A stretch of 64,000 bases of DNA from Longimicrobiales bacterium (GTDB taxonomy: Bacteria; Gemmatimonadota; Gemmatimonadetes; Longimicrobiales; Gaopeijiaceae): contig JAWLHJ010000004.1 of the NCBI GenBank assembly GCA_041690395.1, forward strand, positions 209,355-273,354, in the 5' to 3' direction. How positions within the stretch are numbered: position 1 is the first letter of the stretch; each line of letters starts with the position of its first letter. Position numbers and translations under genes: made by a program. Below the pieces are notes generated by a model. That model was not told where the DNA came from. It did no database searches and saw nothing but the letters and a program-made list of their open reading frames with translations. This document shows, one piece after another, positions 40,306 through 50,244 of the stretch.

Positions 40306-42546
40306 TCAGAAGCGCCGCACCACGCGGAGCGTGGCGCCGGCTCCGGAGGTGAACGGGCCACCGTGCGCACCGCCCATCGTCAGGGTCAGCGTCCCGCCGT
40401 CGGGCGGAAGGAGCCTGATGTACCGCATCGAGGAGGCGCGCAGCTCGGTCGTGAACGCGAAATCACCCGGTCCCCCCGTCGGCACGTTGAACACCAACGG
40501 ACTCTGCAGGAAGCGCGGAAGGTCGAAGTCGGGGTAGGTGAACGGCCCGGTCGCGTCGTCTCCGCGATCGAAGAAGACGGCGGTGGTCCATCTCGAGAAG
40601 AGCTCCTCCCACGTCGTGCCGGTCTGGGCTTCGATGTTCGCCGTGCCGGTGAGCGTGGTCCGGGTGAGCCGCCCGAGCACGTCGGGGCCGTCCTGCTGGT
40701 GCAGGTAGAGCATGAAGAGGAAGCCGGCCCCGCGCTCCGCGAGGGATCCGCTCCCGCTCGAGACGATGAGGCTGACCGTGTCCGGCTGCTCCAGGTAGAG
40801 CAACGAGCGGCGTCGGTTCCCGTCGCGGAACAGCTCGGCCTCCGCGGAGTCCGCGGGCGCCGTATAGTCACGCGCGACCAGCTCCTCGGCCATCTGCGCG
40901 AGTCCCTCGAGCACCCACAGGGCGTCCTGCGACCCACCCATCCTCACCACGCGCTCGCTGAAGTGCACCATGTGCTGGAACTCGTGCGCGAGGATGGACG
41001 GCACGACATCCAGGACCTGCCGGCGGGTACGGGCATCCCCGTGCACGGCGTTCGGGTCGGGCACGAGCGCGTAGAAGACCTCGCCGGCGTTGCTGTTCGA
41101 CAGCTCCGGCAGGAGATCACGCCCGTAGAAGAAGCCACCCACGAAGCTGTTCGAGTTCCTCTCGGTGAGCCTGTTCACGACTGGTGTGAACAGGATGACG
41201 ACCCGGTCGTTCCCGTCGAGGTCCGTCGGCGCGCCGAACGTTTGGGTGACTCTGGCGTGGATGGGCGCGTCGAAGCGAGCCCCGACGTCCTCGAGGTCGC
41301 CGGCTTCGAAGCCGCCCGCCGGCGATGCGTCGTCCACATACACCACGGCCCTGGCGCTGACGTGACGAGCGGTCGCCGTAATCTGGTCGAAGCGGGCATC
41401 CGGATCGTCCGAGCCGTTGAAGACCCAGAACGTCCGGGACTCGCCGACGGTCGGGACCGCGGCGGGAGCGCCCGGCGCACGAGCCGCGCCTACAGGTGTC
41501 GGGGCTGGCCCGCCCCCGGCGAGCCGACGCTCCAGCAACCCCGCCTCCTCCTCGCGCAGCCGGAGGTCGAACGTGCCCTGCGCGTCGGTCGCAGGCTCGA
41601 GCGAGGGGCGTGAAACGGGCGCGGTGAGTGTCGTGGCGGACGGGACGGGCGGCGCCGTGGCCACCCCGCTGTAACCGAGCCAGGCCAGGCTCATCGGGTA
41701 GCGTGCGCCCGCGATCGTCCCCGTCATCTGGGGGATGATGATGTACTCGGCCGGCTCCCCGTCGACCCGCTCACCCGGGAGCCGGACGCAGGCGCCCCCG
41801 TCCGGGTCGCTCAGGTCGACGTACTGGCCCGGAAGCATCGGCTCGATGGGCCCGCCCTCCGTGACGGCGACGCCGATCGTGCCACTCGACACGGCCCCCA
41901 ACGCGACACGAACCCTCACGTCGTCGCGCTGGGGAAGGCAGGTCGGCACCTCGACCTCGAGCCTCGTTCCCGACGCCTGGAGCACGCGGGCGCGGACGTT
42001 CGAGAAGTACACGAGGTTCTGGTCGGCGACCGGGCTGAAGTTCTGGCCACCGAGCACGAGCGTGGCTCCGACGGGCGCTTCGAGCGGCTCGACAGAGGTC
42101 AGGCGGGGCGTGCCAACAACCCAGGCCCGGAGTTCCGCCCTCGCACTTTCCTGCTCGACGACGGTCGCGACGATGGTGACCTGACCCTCCGTCGACCCGA
42201 GCCGCAGCGTGATCTCGGTGGCGCCCGCTTCGTCGGTGATCGTGGCCTCGGGGCCCTGGAGCTCTGCGTCGCCACCCGTCACGACCCACCGGACCGTGAT
42301 GTCCTCCGCCGGAAGCCCGGAATCGGCCTTACGCACGATCACGCGGAGCGGATCCGGGAGCTCGGTGCCGGCCGTGCCGTGCTGCTCCTCCCCTCCCGCG
42401 ACGACGATCTCCAGGGGATCGAGGCCCGGGGTGACCGGCTCTCTGGCGCATGCGGCCAGGGTGAGGGAAACCGCCATGGCGAGGACCGTGCGGACACGGG
42501 CCGAACAGGCCGACCCGGCCGGCCTGGCTCCACGCCGGCCGGTCAT
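40306..42546 (-). CDS. Lipoprotein zinc metallopeptidase with Ig-like/IPT domains
   Basis: Lipobox LAAC, Big-1-like and IPT/TIG-like segments, LAHEFQHMVH..EGLAQ gluzincin-type motif. Confidence 0.78.
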   Translation of the reverse strand: MTGRRGARPAGSACSARVRTVLAMAVSLTLAACAREPVTPGLDPLEIVVAGGEEQHGTAGTELPDPLRVIVRKADSGLPAEDITVRWVVTGGDAELQGPEATITDEAGATEITLRLGSTEGQVTIVATVVEQESARAELRAWVVGTPRLTSVEPLEAPVGATLVLGGQNFSPVADQNLVYFSNVRARVLQASGTRLEVEVPTCLPQRDDVRVRVALGAVSSGTIGVAVTEGGPIEPMLPGQYVDLSDPDGGACVRLPGERVDGEPAEYIIIPQMTGTIAGARYPMSLAWLGYSGVATAPPVPSATTLTAPVSRPSLEPATDAQGTFDLRLREEEAGLLERRLAGGGPAPTPVGAARAPGAPAAVPTVGESRTFWVFNGSDDPDARFDQITATARHVSARAVVYVDDASPAGGFEAGDLEDVGARFDAPIHARVTQTFGAPTDLDGNDRVVILFTPVVNRLTERNSNSFVGGFFYGRDLLPELSNSNAGEVFYALVPDPNAVHGDARTRRQVLDVVPSILAHEFQHMVHFSERVVRMGGSQDALWVLEGLAQMAEELVARDYTAPADSAEAELFRDGNRRRSLLYLEQPDTVSLIVSSGSGSLAERGAGFLFMLYLHQQDGPDVLGRLTRTTLTGTANIEAQTGTTWEELFSRWTTAVFFDRGDDATGPFTYPDFDLPRFLQSPLVFNVPTGGPGDFAFTTELRASSMRYIRLLPPDGGTLTLTMGGAHGGPFTSGAGATLRVVRRF

Positions 42547-43628
42547 CTTCGGACTCCGCGTTCCAGCGCGAGCAGGTCGAGGATGGGCGTCGACGTGAGC
42601 GCGGACGACGCCCGACGAACCCGCGCCGTCACGCGGATCACCTCGAGAGGCGTCAGGCCTTCCACGGTCGAGAGCCGGTCCGGCGGGACCGCGACGTAGA
42701 CGAAGGGCCCGTCGGCGCCTCCGGCCCGCCCCAGTATGAACGGTTCGCCTTCGTAGAAGTCGGTTCGAACCGCCTCGGCTCGTTCCAGCGAGATGAACTG
42801 CACCGTCCAGTCCACCCGTCGACCCTCGTGGCTCGCGCCGTCGGGCGCGGCCAGGTCGTCCGGAGTCAGGTCGGCCATGTCGGCCCCTCCGGACGGTGTC
42901 TCGGCGGCGCCGGCGTCCGAGGCCGGGCTCCACACCCACCCTTCGAGTCGCACCCGGACCCAGTTGCCCTCGCGCGCCAGTACCTCGAGATCTCCGCCGA
43001 CCGTGGAGGTGCCGATCGTGTCACCGTCCGGCGCGCTCAGGATGGGAGCGCCCTCCCCGGGACGGAGAAAGGTGCGGGCGGGGTCGGACCCGCGGGTCGG
43101 CGTGGACGCGCCGCCGGCGGAGCTCGTGCGGGCTTCGGCGACCGCTCCCGGCGTGCTCTGCGCTCCCTGCTCGGCGGGGGTGACCGACGACGACCAGATC
43201 CAACCCGTGCGGCGCACCCGCGTCCACCCCGGTCGGCTCTCGATCTCCTCGAGCAGGGTCCCCTCCTCCAACCGGGCGACGATCGAGCCGGACGGCTCCG
43301 ACCTCAAGTTCTCCCCACCCGACGCGGACACGGTGAGGTCCATCCCCTCGCGATCCGTGGTCCGGAGCGACGCGGTCCACACCCAACCTTCGAGGGACGC
43401 CTCCGTCCACGATCCCGAGACGCCCACCCTCAGCAGCTCGGCTCCGGCGTTCACACGCGCCAGCACCTGGCCCTGCGGCTCACGCCGGAAGTTCTCCTCG
43501 ACGTCGGCGCGGACGGTAGCCTGTCCGCAGAGCGGGGCGACGGTGAGCAGGAGCGCCGCGAGCGTGCCCGTCGAGGCGCGCGCACCCGTCTTCCACCCAC
43601 CTCTACACGACCTCGGAGACCCTGTCAT
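42543..43628 (-). CDS. Secreted multi-SH3b-domain protein
   Basis: Repeated ENFRREP/ENLRSEP..GW(V/I)W SH3b-like units (x3) after a hydrophobic signal; start uncertain. Confidence 0.72.
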   Translation of the reverse strand: MTGSPRSCRGGWKTGARASTGTLAALLLTVAPLCGQATVRADVEENFRREPQGQVLARVNAGAELLRVGVSGSWTEASLEGWVWTASLRTTDREGMDLTVSASGGENLRSEPSGSIVARLEEGTLLEEIESRPGWTRVRRTGWIWSSSVTPAEQGAQSTPGAVAEARTSSAGGASTPTRGSDPARTFLRPGEGAPILSAPDGDTIGTSTVGGDLEVLAREGNWVRVRLEGWVWSPASDAGAAETPSGGADMADLTPDDLAAPDGASHEGRRVDWTVQFISLERAEAVRTDFYEGEPFILGRAGGADGPFVYVAVPPDRLSTVEGLTPLEVIRVTARVRRASSALTSTPILDLLALERGVRR

Positions 43629-43760
43629 ATTGTCTTGAAACGATCCCGGGCGGGCGGTGTTACAAGGGGCGTTCGAGCGCTGCCGCTCGTCCTCCCAATC
43701 TGCCCGAGACGCATGGAAGCGTCAATCAATCCCGACCCCGAAGAGGAGCGCGGCACCCGG

Positions 43761-44456
43761 ATGCGGCACATTCTCCGTAGTTCGTTCCCGGCCGTCCTGG
43801 CCTTCCTGATCGTCGGAGGCTCGACCGTGGACGCCCAGACGGTGCCGTCCCCGTTCAACTTCATCGAAGGTCGCCAGGAGGTCGGGCTCATCTTCGGCGC
43901 GGTCGACGCTGCGACCGGGCGCTTCGGGTACGCCCCGAAGGGCGGCCGGCTGTTCGGCGGCCGTTACGGCATCGAGCTCTCGGGACCTTTGTCGCTCGAG
44001 GGCGTGACCACGGTCATCTCCGGGGAGCGGGACGTCATCAATCCGGGGCGAGACGAGGGCGACCGCGTGGTGGGCGAGGCCGATGCGCTGCTGGCCACCA
44101 TCGACGCGCGCTTCAAGTTCACGCTCACCGGCGACCGGATGTGGCACCGCATCAGCCCCTTCATCGTGGCCGGCGGCGGCGTCGTCTTCGACGCAGCCGG
44201 GGATTCCGAGGCGGACGAGCAGCTCCTCCCCGAGGACCGGTTCAGCTTCGGCACCAGCTTCTATGGCACGACGGGTCTCGGGGTGCGCTGGTTCATCACC
44301 GACCGCTTCGCGCTGCGGGCCGACGGCACGTTCTCGCTCTGGAAGGTTGGCACACCGCCCGGGTTCAGCGACCCGGTCAGGAACTTCCCCAATGTCGAGG
44401 AGGGCGAGTGGCTGCGGTCGCTCGGGCTCACGATCTCGACACTGATCCGCTGGTGA
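43761..44456 (+). CDS. Outer-membrane beta-barrel protein (OmpA-like barrel)
   Basis: GAGGAG SD, signal peptide ending VDA-Q, PFIVAGGG and GLGVRWF strands, terminal W. Confidence 0.7.
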   Translation: MRHILRSSFPAVLAFLIVGGSTVDAQTVPSPFNFIEGRQEVGLIFGAVDAATGRFGYAPKGGRLFGGRYGIELSGPLSLEGVTTVISGERDVINPGRDEGDRVVGEADALLATIDARFKFTLTGDRMWHRISPFIVAGGGVVFDAAGDSEADEQLLPEDRFSFGTSFYGTTGLGVRWFITDRFALRADGTFSLWKVGTPPGFSDPVRNFPNVEEGEWLRSLGLTISTLIRW

Positions 44457-44475
44457 GATCCGGGAGCTCCTGACC

Positions 44476-45807
44476 GTGGCCGAGGGCTCTGCTCGCTTCG
44501 AGAGGCGCACCGCCGACTGGCTGGGCGTCGACGAGGCAAGGGTCCGGATCCTCGAGGTAGCACACCCACTCCCGGCCGAGGAGGCATCCCTCCGCGAGGC
44601 AGAAGGCCGCGTGCTCGCGGAGCGTCTGCTCGCCGGAGCCACGCTGCCGCCGTGGGACAACTCGGCCATGGACGGCTACGCCGTGCGCGCGGACGACGTC
44701 GCCGGCGCCACCGAGACGGAGCCCGTGACGCTCGATGTCGTCTCTCGGGTGCTCGCCGGCCACATGGACGCCGTCCCGACGGTCCTTCCCGGCCAGGCCT
44801 CCCGGATCATGACCGGCGCCCCCCTTCCTCCCGGGACCGACGCGGTCGTCCGGGTCGAGGACACGGATGCGGAATCCGAGACCGGCAAGGTCCGCGTGAG
44901 CGTCCCCGTCGAGGCCGGACGGTACGTGCGCCCCGCCGGCCAGGACTTCCGCCGGGGCGACCCGGTGTTGGAGCCCGGACGGGTGGTCCGGGCCGGTGTG
45001 ATCGGCCTGGCGGCCGCGATCGGCCGGGAGGCGCTGGCCGTCCACCGTCGCCCCACCGTCGCTCTGCTGGCCACGGGGGACGAGCTCCGGGGTCCAGCCG
45101 CCTACGAGGACGTCGTCCACGGGAGGGGCATCCCCGAGTCCAACCGGCCGATGTTGGCGGCCATGGTCCGGGATGCGGGCGCACGCGTCGGACGGTCCGC
45201 GCTGGCGGCGGACGACGAGCGGGACCTGGCGACACACCTCGAGCAGTCCGGCTCCGACGACGTCCTCGTCACCATCGGAGGGGCGTCGATGGGGGAAGCC
45301 GATCTCGTCAAGAGAGTCCTCGACCGGGCGGGCTTCCGCCTGGTGTTCTGGAGGGCCCGCATCCGGCCGGGGAGCCCGTTCAGCTTCGGGCTACTTCCCC
45401 GCGGCGACCGGCTCCAACCCGTATTCGGGCTACCCGGAAATCCCGCCTCGGCGTTCGTGACCTTCGAGCTCTTCGTACGCCCGTTCCTACGCCGGCTCGC
45501 CGGCCATTCCGCCTGCTTCCGGCCGGTCGTGAGCTGCGTGGCCGCGGACGACCTGCGGGGTCCGACCGATCTCGCCGCGTATCTGAGGGTATCGCTCGAT
45601 CGTAAGACCGCGCCGTGGACCGCGACGCTCACGGGGCCCCAGGGCTCCGGCCTGGTACGGGGACTGGGCCACGCCGACGGGCTGGCGGTACTTCCGGAGG
45701 GGACGGGAGAGATCCCGCGGGGATCGTCCGTGGACGTGGTCCTGCTCACCGGCGACGCGAGCGACGAGCATACGCGGAACGATTACGGCGCGGGGGCGCG
45801 GCAGTGA
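44476..45807 (+). CDS. moeA: Molybdopterin molybdotransferase MoeA
   Basis: PPWDNSAMDGYA, IMTGAPLP, TGDEL, GLPGNPAS, QGSG. Confidence 0.95.
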   Translation: MAEGSARFERRTADWLGVDEARVRILEVAHPLPAEEASLREAEGRVLAERLLAGATLPPWDNSAMDGYAVRADDVAGATETEPVTLDVVSRVLAGHMDAVPTVLPGQASRIMTGAPLPPGTDAVVRVEDTDAESETGKVRVSVPVEAGRYVRPAGQDFRRGDPVLEPGRVVRAGVIGLAAAIGREALAVHRRPTVALLATGDELRGPAAYEDVVHGRGIPESNRPMLAAMVRDAGARVGRSALAADDERDLATHLEQSGSDDVLVTIGGASMGEADLVKRVLDRAGFRLVFWRARIRPGSPFSFGLLPRGDRLQPVFGLPGNPASAFVTFELFVRPFLRRLAGHSACFRPVVSCVAADDLRGPTDLAAYLRVSLDRKTAPWTATLTGPQGSGLVRGLGHADGLAVLPEGTGEIPRGSSVDVVLLTGDASDEHTRNDYGAGARQ

Positions 45808-46256
45808 GGGCGACTCGCCCGATCCTGGTCGTGGCTCTCCTCGCCCTGGGCGTGACTGGATGCGGACTTCCCCGCTGGCCCGTCCAGGCACCCATGACCT
45901 CCGCCTACGGCCTACGCTTCTCGGGTATCATCCCCGGAACCCACCGCGGTGTCGACCTGAACGTGCCGCACGGGACACCCGTCCGGGCCATGGCCGACGG
46001 ACACGTTCGCTACGCGGGAAGCATGAGCGGATACGGGAACGTGGTCTGGCTCGACCACGGCGGGTCGGTCCTCACCGTATACGCCCATCTCTCGGAGATC
46101 CACGTCTCCGTGGGCACCGTGGTGCGCGGCCAGTCGGTCATCGCGCTCAGCGGAGCGAGCGGCGACGTGACGGGGCCCCACCTCCACTTCGAGGTGTGGA
46201 GGTGGGGCCGACCCGTCGATCCGGTCCCTCTGTTGGGTGGCAGACCCGGGACCTGA
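45804..46256 (+). CDS. M23 family metallopeptidase lipoprotein
   Basis: Lipobox VTGC, HRGVD, YAHL, TGPHLHFEV; GTGA-coupled start. Confidence 0.9.
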   Translation: MRATRPILVVALLALGVTGCGLPRWPVQAPMTSAYGLRFSGIIPGTHRGVDLNVPHGTPVRAMADGHVRYAGSMSGYGNVVWLDHGGSVLTVYAHLSEIHVSVGTVVRGQSVIALSGASGDVTGPHLHFEVWRWGRPVDPVPLLGGRPGT

Positions 46257-46281
46257 GGTCGGTCGGGCGAGCCGACCTCAG
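46253..46281. terminator. Hairpin between convergent genes (no U-tract)
   Basis: Perfect 10-bp stem CTGAGGTCGG / CCGACCTCAG that includes both stop codons. Confidence 0.5.
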
Positions 46282-47267
46282 CCTCCGGACTTGAGCGCCT
46301 TGATCTCGTCGGCGAGTCGCGGTACGACCTCGAAGAGATCACCCACGATCCCGTAGTCGGCCACACCGAAGATCGGCGCGTCGGCATCCTTGTTGATCGC
46401 CACGATCGTCTGCGACGTCCGCATACCGGCCAGGTGCTGGATCGCGCCCGAGATTCCGATGGCGAAGTACAGCTTGGGCGCCACCGTCTTTCCGGTCTGC
46501 CCGACCTGCTCGCCGTGGGGCCGCCATCCGGCGTCCACGACCGCGCGGGAGGCGCCCAGCGCGGCGCCCTGCCCGATCGCGTCCCGTAGCGTCTCGAGCA
46601 GCTTCCAGTTCTCGGGATCCTTCATGCCCCGCCCGCCCGACACGATGATGGAGGCTTCCGCCACGTCGACCTGACCGTCGGAGGCGCCCTTCCGCTCGAC
46701 GACGCGCACCTTGAACGCGCTGGCGTCGATGTCCGGGGTGAAGGTCTCGACCTCACCCGCAGCCTCCGACTCGGTGGCCTGGAAGACGTTCGGCCGGATC
46801 GACACGAGTACCGGCGACGCCTCGACCTCCAGGTGCGCGAACGCCTTGCCCGAGTAAACCGGCCGGACGATCGACACCTTTCCGCCATCCGCCTCCAGCC
46901 CCGTGACGTCGGCCGCGAGCGGCACGTCGAGGGCCGCAGCGACACGTGGTGCGAGATCCTTCCCGAGCGTCGTGGCCGGGAAGATCACCGCGCCGTAACC
47001 GCCTTCCTTGATGCGCGCGGCGAGGACCGAGGCGTAGGCCTCGGGATTGTAATCGCCGAGCGCCTCGTGCTCACCGGCGAGCACCTTGGCCGCACCGAAG
47101 CGCCCGAGCTCACCGCCTGCCGCCGAGATGCCCGGGGCTCCGAGCACGAGCGCGTGGGCGCTGCCGCCGAGCGAGCCGGCCAGCCGCGCGGCCGCGCTTA
47201 CCGCTTCACGGGCGGATCCGCCGATCTGCCCGTCCCTCTGTTCCGCGAATGCGAGAACGTCCGCCAT
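46278..47267 (-). CDS. etfA: Electron transfer flavoprotein alpha subunit
   Basis: [40 protein letters not shown]. Confidence 0.97.
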   Translation of the reverse strand: MADVLAFAEQRDGQIGGSAREAVSAAARLAGSLGGSAHALVLGAPGISAAGGELGRFGAAKVLAGEHEALGDYNPEAYASVLAARIKEGGYGAVIFPATTLGKDLAPRVAAALDVPLAADVTGLEADGGKVSIVRPVYSGKAFAHLEVEASPVLVSIRPNVFQATESEAAGEVETFTPDIDASAFKVRVVERKGASDGQVDVAEASIIVSGGRGMKDPENWKLLETLRDAIGQGAALGASRAVVDAGWRPHGEQVGQTGKTVAPKLYFAIGISGAIQHLAGMRTSQTIVAINKDADAPIFGVADYGIVGDLFEVVPRLADEIKALKSGG

Positions 47268-47323
47268 GTCTATCTCCGATCCTGCGTGTTGGTGATCTCG
47301 ATAACTGTGTAATCCGGCGCCGG

Positions 47324-48073
47324 TCAGAGCGCGTTGGCTTCTTCTCGCAGCAGGCGCACGAGCTCGGGCACGGCATCCGCGCCCTCACCCACGATCCGAC
47401 CCGCGGAGCGCGGCGCCGGCTCGGCGAGCTTGACGACGCGCAGCTTCGCTTCGACCTGCGCGGCGTCCTTCTGCTCGAGCGGCTTCTTCTTGGCGGCCAT
47501 GATGCCCTTGAGGGAGGCGTAGCGAGGCTCGAACTCTCCCTTGGTGACGGTCAGCACCGCCGGGAGATCGACTTCGACGACTTCCGTGCCGCCCTCGACC
47601 TCGCGCTGACACACGGCCTTCCCGTCGCCGACTTCGAACGAGGACACGCCGGTCACGCACGGCCGCCCGAGCAGTGTCGCGACCATCGGGCCGACCTGCT
47701 GCTGGTCGTCGTCCGCCGCCTTCACGCCGAACAGGATGAGAGGCGCGTCGGCGCCATCGAGCTCCGCCGCGAGTACCTTGGCGGTCGCCAGGCCGTCGAT
47801 GGTCGGCTCACCGACGAGCAGCGTCGCGCTATCCGCGCCCATGGCGAGACCCGACCGAAGGGTCTCCTGCGTGGCGGCGTCGCCGAAGCTGACCAGGCGC
47901 ACCGAGCCGTCTCCGGCGGCCTCTTTCGTCCGGAGGCCGGCCTCGACGGCGAACTCGTCGTAGGGGCTGATGATGTATTTGACGCCCGAGGGGTCGATCT
48001 TGTCCCCGGAGCCGTCGATCCGGATACGGGTCTCGGTGTCCGGGACCCGCTTCACACAGACGATGACGTTCAA
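47324..48073 (-). CDS. etfB: Electron transfer flavoprotein beta subunit
   Basis: VCVKRVPD, PYDEFAVE, LAMGAD, EPRYASLKGIMAAKKK; TTG start. Confidence 0.97.
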   Translation of the reverse strand: MNVIVCVKRVPDTETRIRIDGSGDKIDPSGVKYIISPYDEFAVEAGLRTKEAAGDGSVRLVSFGDAATQETLRSGLAMGADSATLLVGEPTIDGLATAKVLAAELDGADAPLILFGVKAADDDQQQVGPMVATLLGRPCVTGVSSFEVGDGKAVCQREVEGGTEVVEVDLPAVLTVTKGEFEPRYASLKGIMAAKKKPLEQKDAAQVEAKLRVVKLAEPAPRSAGRIVGEGADAVPELVRLLREEANAL

Positions 48074-48183
48074 CGGTCGTTCTCCGATGTGACTGATGAA
48101 ATTCCACTGACGCCGGCGAGCCGACGTGTGCCCCTGCCAGAGGGCCGGGGCCGACTACCCCCCACCCCATGCCGGGGTCCGAT

Positions 48184-49596
48184 TCAGAGCGAAGCTCCAA
48201 GTATACCAAAAGCGACGGTTGCGATCCCGCCCCCGATGAGCGCGTAGGGGAGCTGGGTGCGCACGTGATCGATGTGATCGGTGGCGGCGGCCATCGACGA
48301 GATGATCGTGGTGTCGCTGATCGGGGAGCAGTGATCGCCGAATACGCCGCCCGCGAGCGAGGCCGCCACGAACGGGGCCAACGGCAGACCCAACGCTTCG
48401 GCGGCCGGCACCGCGATGGGAAGCATGATCGCGAAGGTTCCCCAGCTCGTGCCCGTGGAGAAGGCGATCCCGCCGGCGACCAGGAAGACGAGCGGGAGGT
48501 AGACTGCGTTCGGCATCGTGCCCGCCGTCACCTGGGCGACGTAGACGCCGGTCCCGAGGTCCTGCACGACGTTGCCGAGCGCGAGCGCGAGGAGAAGGAT
48601 GAGCGCGAGCGGAACCAGGCCGCCCCCGCCCTTGAGGGCGAGTCGGACCAGCTCGTCCTGGGTGAAGGCCCGCTGGAACATCAGCATGATCCACGCGACG
48701 CCCAGGCCGAAGAGCACGGACCAGAGCACGCTGGTCGATCCCGAGCCGTCCTGAAGCGCCCCGTCACCCGTGATGTAGAGGGAGACCGGCATGAACAGGA
48801 CCATGGCCGCGATAGGGACGAGCATGTTGCGGGCCCGCGGGGGCACCCCCTCCTTCGGCTCGGAAGACAGCACGTCCTCGTCGATCATGGGCGTCGCCCC
48901 GGGCCACAGCATCTCTCCGTTCCGGGTGCGCTCCTCCGCCTTCTTCATGGGTCCGAGGTCGATCCCGAACAGGATCACCGCCAGGACGAGGAGCACGGCC
49001 GCCATCGCATAGAAGTTGAACCCGATGGAGGCGACGAAGACACCGAGCGAGTTCTCCACGCCGAGGCTCTCGAGGATACCGAGGTTGTAGGCGCCCCACG
49101 CGTTGAGCGGAATCAGGATGCAGATCGGAGCCGACGTCGAGTCGATGATGTAGGCCAGCTTCTCCCGGGAGCTCTTGTACCGATCGAACAACGGCCGCGC
49201 GACGGAGCCCGCCACGAGCACCGTGATGTTGGACTCGATGAAGATGACGACCCCGGTCGCCCATGCGAGCAGCTGGGACTTCTTGGCCGAATCGACCCAG
49301 GCGCGCTCTTCCAGGGCATGCACGAAGCCACGAAAGCCCCCTGCGGCCTCGATCGTGGCGATGAGCGCCCCGATCACGAGCGTGAACAGGATCACCTTCG
49401 CGTCCCCCTCGCTTCCGAGCACCGCGACGGCGCCGTCGATCCCGGCGGCCAGCCCGGCGAACGGGTCCCACCCCTCCAGGATCGTCCACCCCAGCCAGAT
49501 GCCTCCGGCCAGTGACAGGTAGACCTGCCGGGTCCAGATCGCCAGCACGATGGCCAGGACTGGGGGCAACAGGGAGATCCAGGTCGGTTCGGTCAT
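48184..49596 (-). CDS. NhaC-family Na+/H+ antiporter / amino-acid transporter
   Basis: SREKLAYIIDSTSAP, FSTGTSWGTF, GDHCSPISDTTIISS, HIDHVRTQLPY. Confidence 0.9.
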   Translation of the reverse strand: MTEPTWISLLPPVLAIVLAIWTRQVYLSLAGGIWLGWTILEGWDPFAGLAAGIDGAVAVLGSEGDAKVILFTLVIGALIATIEAAGGFRGFVHALEERAWVDSAKKSQLLAWATGVVIFIESNITVLVAGSVARPLFDRYKSSREKLAYIIDSTSAPICILIPLNAWGAYNLGILESLGVENSLGVFVASIGFNFYAMAAVLLVLAVILFGIDLGPMKKAEERTRNGEMLWPGATPMIDEDVLSSEPKEGVPPRARNMLVPIAAMVLFMPVSLYITGDGALQDGSGSTSVLWSVLFGLGVAWIMLMFQRAFTQDELVRLALKGGGGLVPLALILLLALALGNVVQDLGTGVYVAQVTAGTMPNAVYLPLVFLVAGGIAFSTGTSWGTFAIMLPIAVPAAEALGLPLAPFVAASLAGGVFGDHCSPISDTTIISSMAAATDHIDHVRTQLPYALIGGGIATVAFGILGASL

Positions 49597-50225
49597 GCGT
49601 GCGCGCTCCGGTCGACGGGGTTCCAACCATCCGGCCTAGACGTGCCGGCGGCGCCCCGAACATAGAACCTGTGGGGCCAATCCGCCGCCCGGGATACGCC
49701 GACCCGTCCGGACACGCCGATCCGCGACTCGGGTAGCGACGCGTCGGGGACCAGGACGAGGGGAGGCCGGGAGAGCTCGTGCCCGTAGAGGGCACCGGTG
49801 ACGCCGAGCGCTTGCGCTAGCCGTCCGGGTCCGGCGGCGAGCGGGCGCCGGTCCCCTCGCCGCTCCAGCATCGCCGCCTCGCCCTCGAGCGGGTCGAGGC
49901 CCCGAACCAGGACGGCGCCGCCCTGCCCGTCCGGACCCGCCACCACGTTCAGGCACCAGTGGACCCCGTAGCTGCGGTAGACGTAGGCGCGCCCGGGCGA
50001 GCCGAACATGGCACGGTTGCGGTCGGTCGCACCCCCGACCGTATTGGCGTGGGAGGCAGGGTCCTCAGGCCCCCCGTAGGCCTCCGTCTCGACGATCACG
50101 CCCGCGGTCCGGACTCCGCCGACGGTGGAGACCAGCCGACACCCGAGGAGCGCCCGTGCCAGCTCGACGGGGGGACGATCGCAAAACGCCCGGACGGAGG
50201 AGCTCCGTCCGGGCGTCGCGGTCAT
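49593..50225 (-). CDS. mpg: 3-methyladenine DNA glycosylase (AAG/MPG family)
   Basis: IVETEAY, AYVYRSYGVHWCLNVV, AVLVR, GPGRL, RVGVS. Confidence 0.92.
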   Translation of the reverse strand: MTATPGRSSSVRAFCDRPPVELARALLGCRLVSTVGGVRTAGVIVETEAYGGPEDPASHANTVGGATDRNRAMFGSPGRAYVYRSYGVHWCLNVVAGPDGQGGAVLVRGLDPLEGEAAMLERRGDRRPLAAGPGRLAQALGVTGALYGHELSRPPLVLVPDASLPESRIGVSGRVGVSRAADWPHRFYVRGAAGTSRPDGWNPVDRSAHA

Positions 50226-50244
50226 GCGTGCGGCTTCGCCGGCC

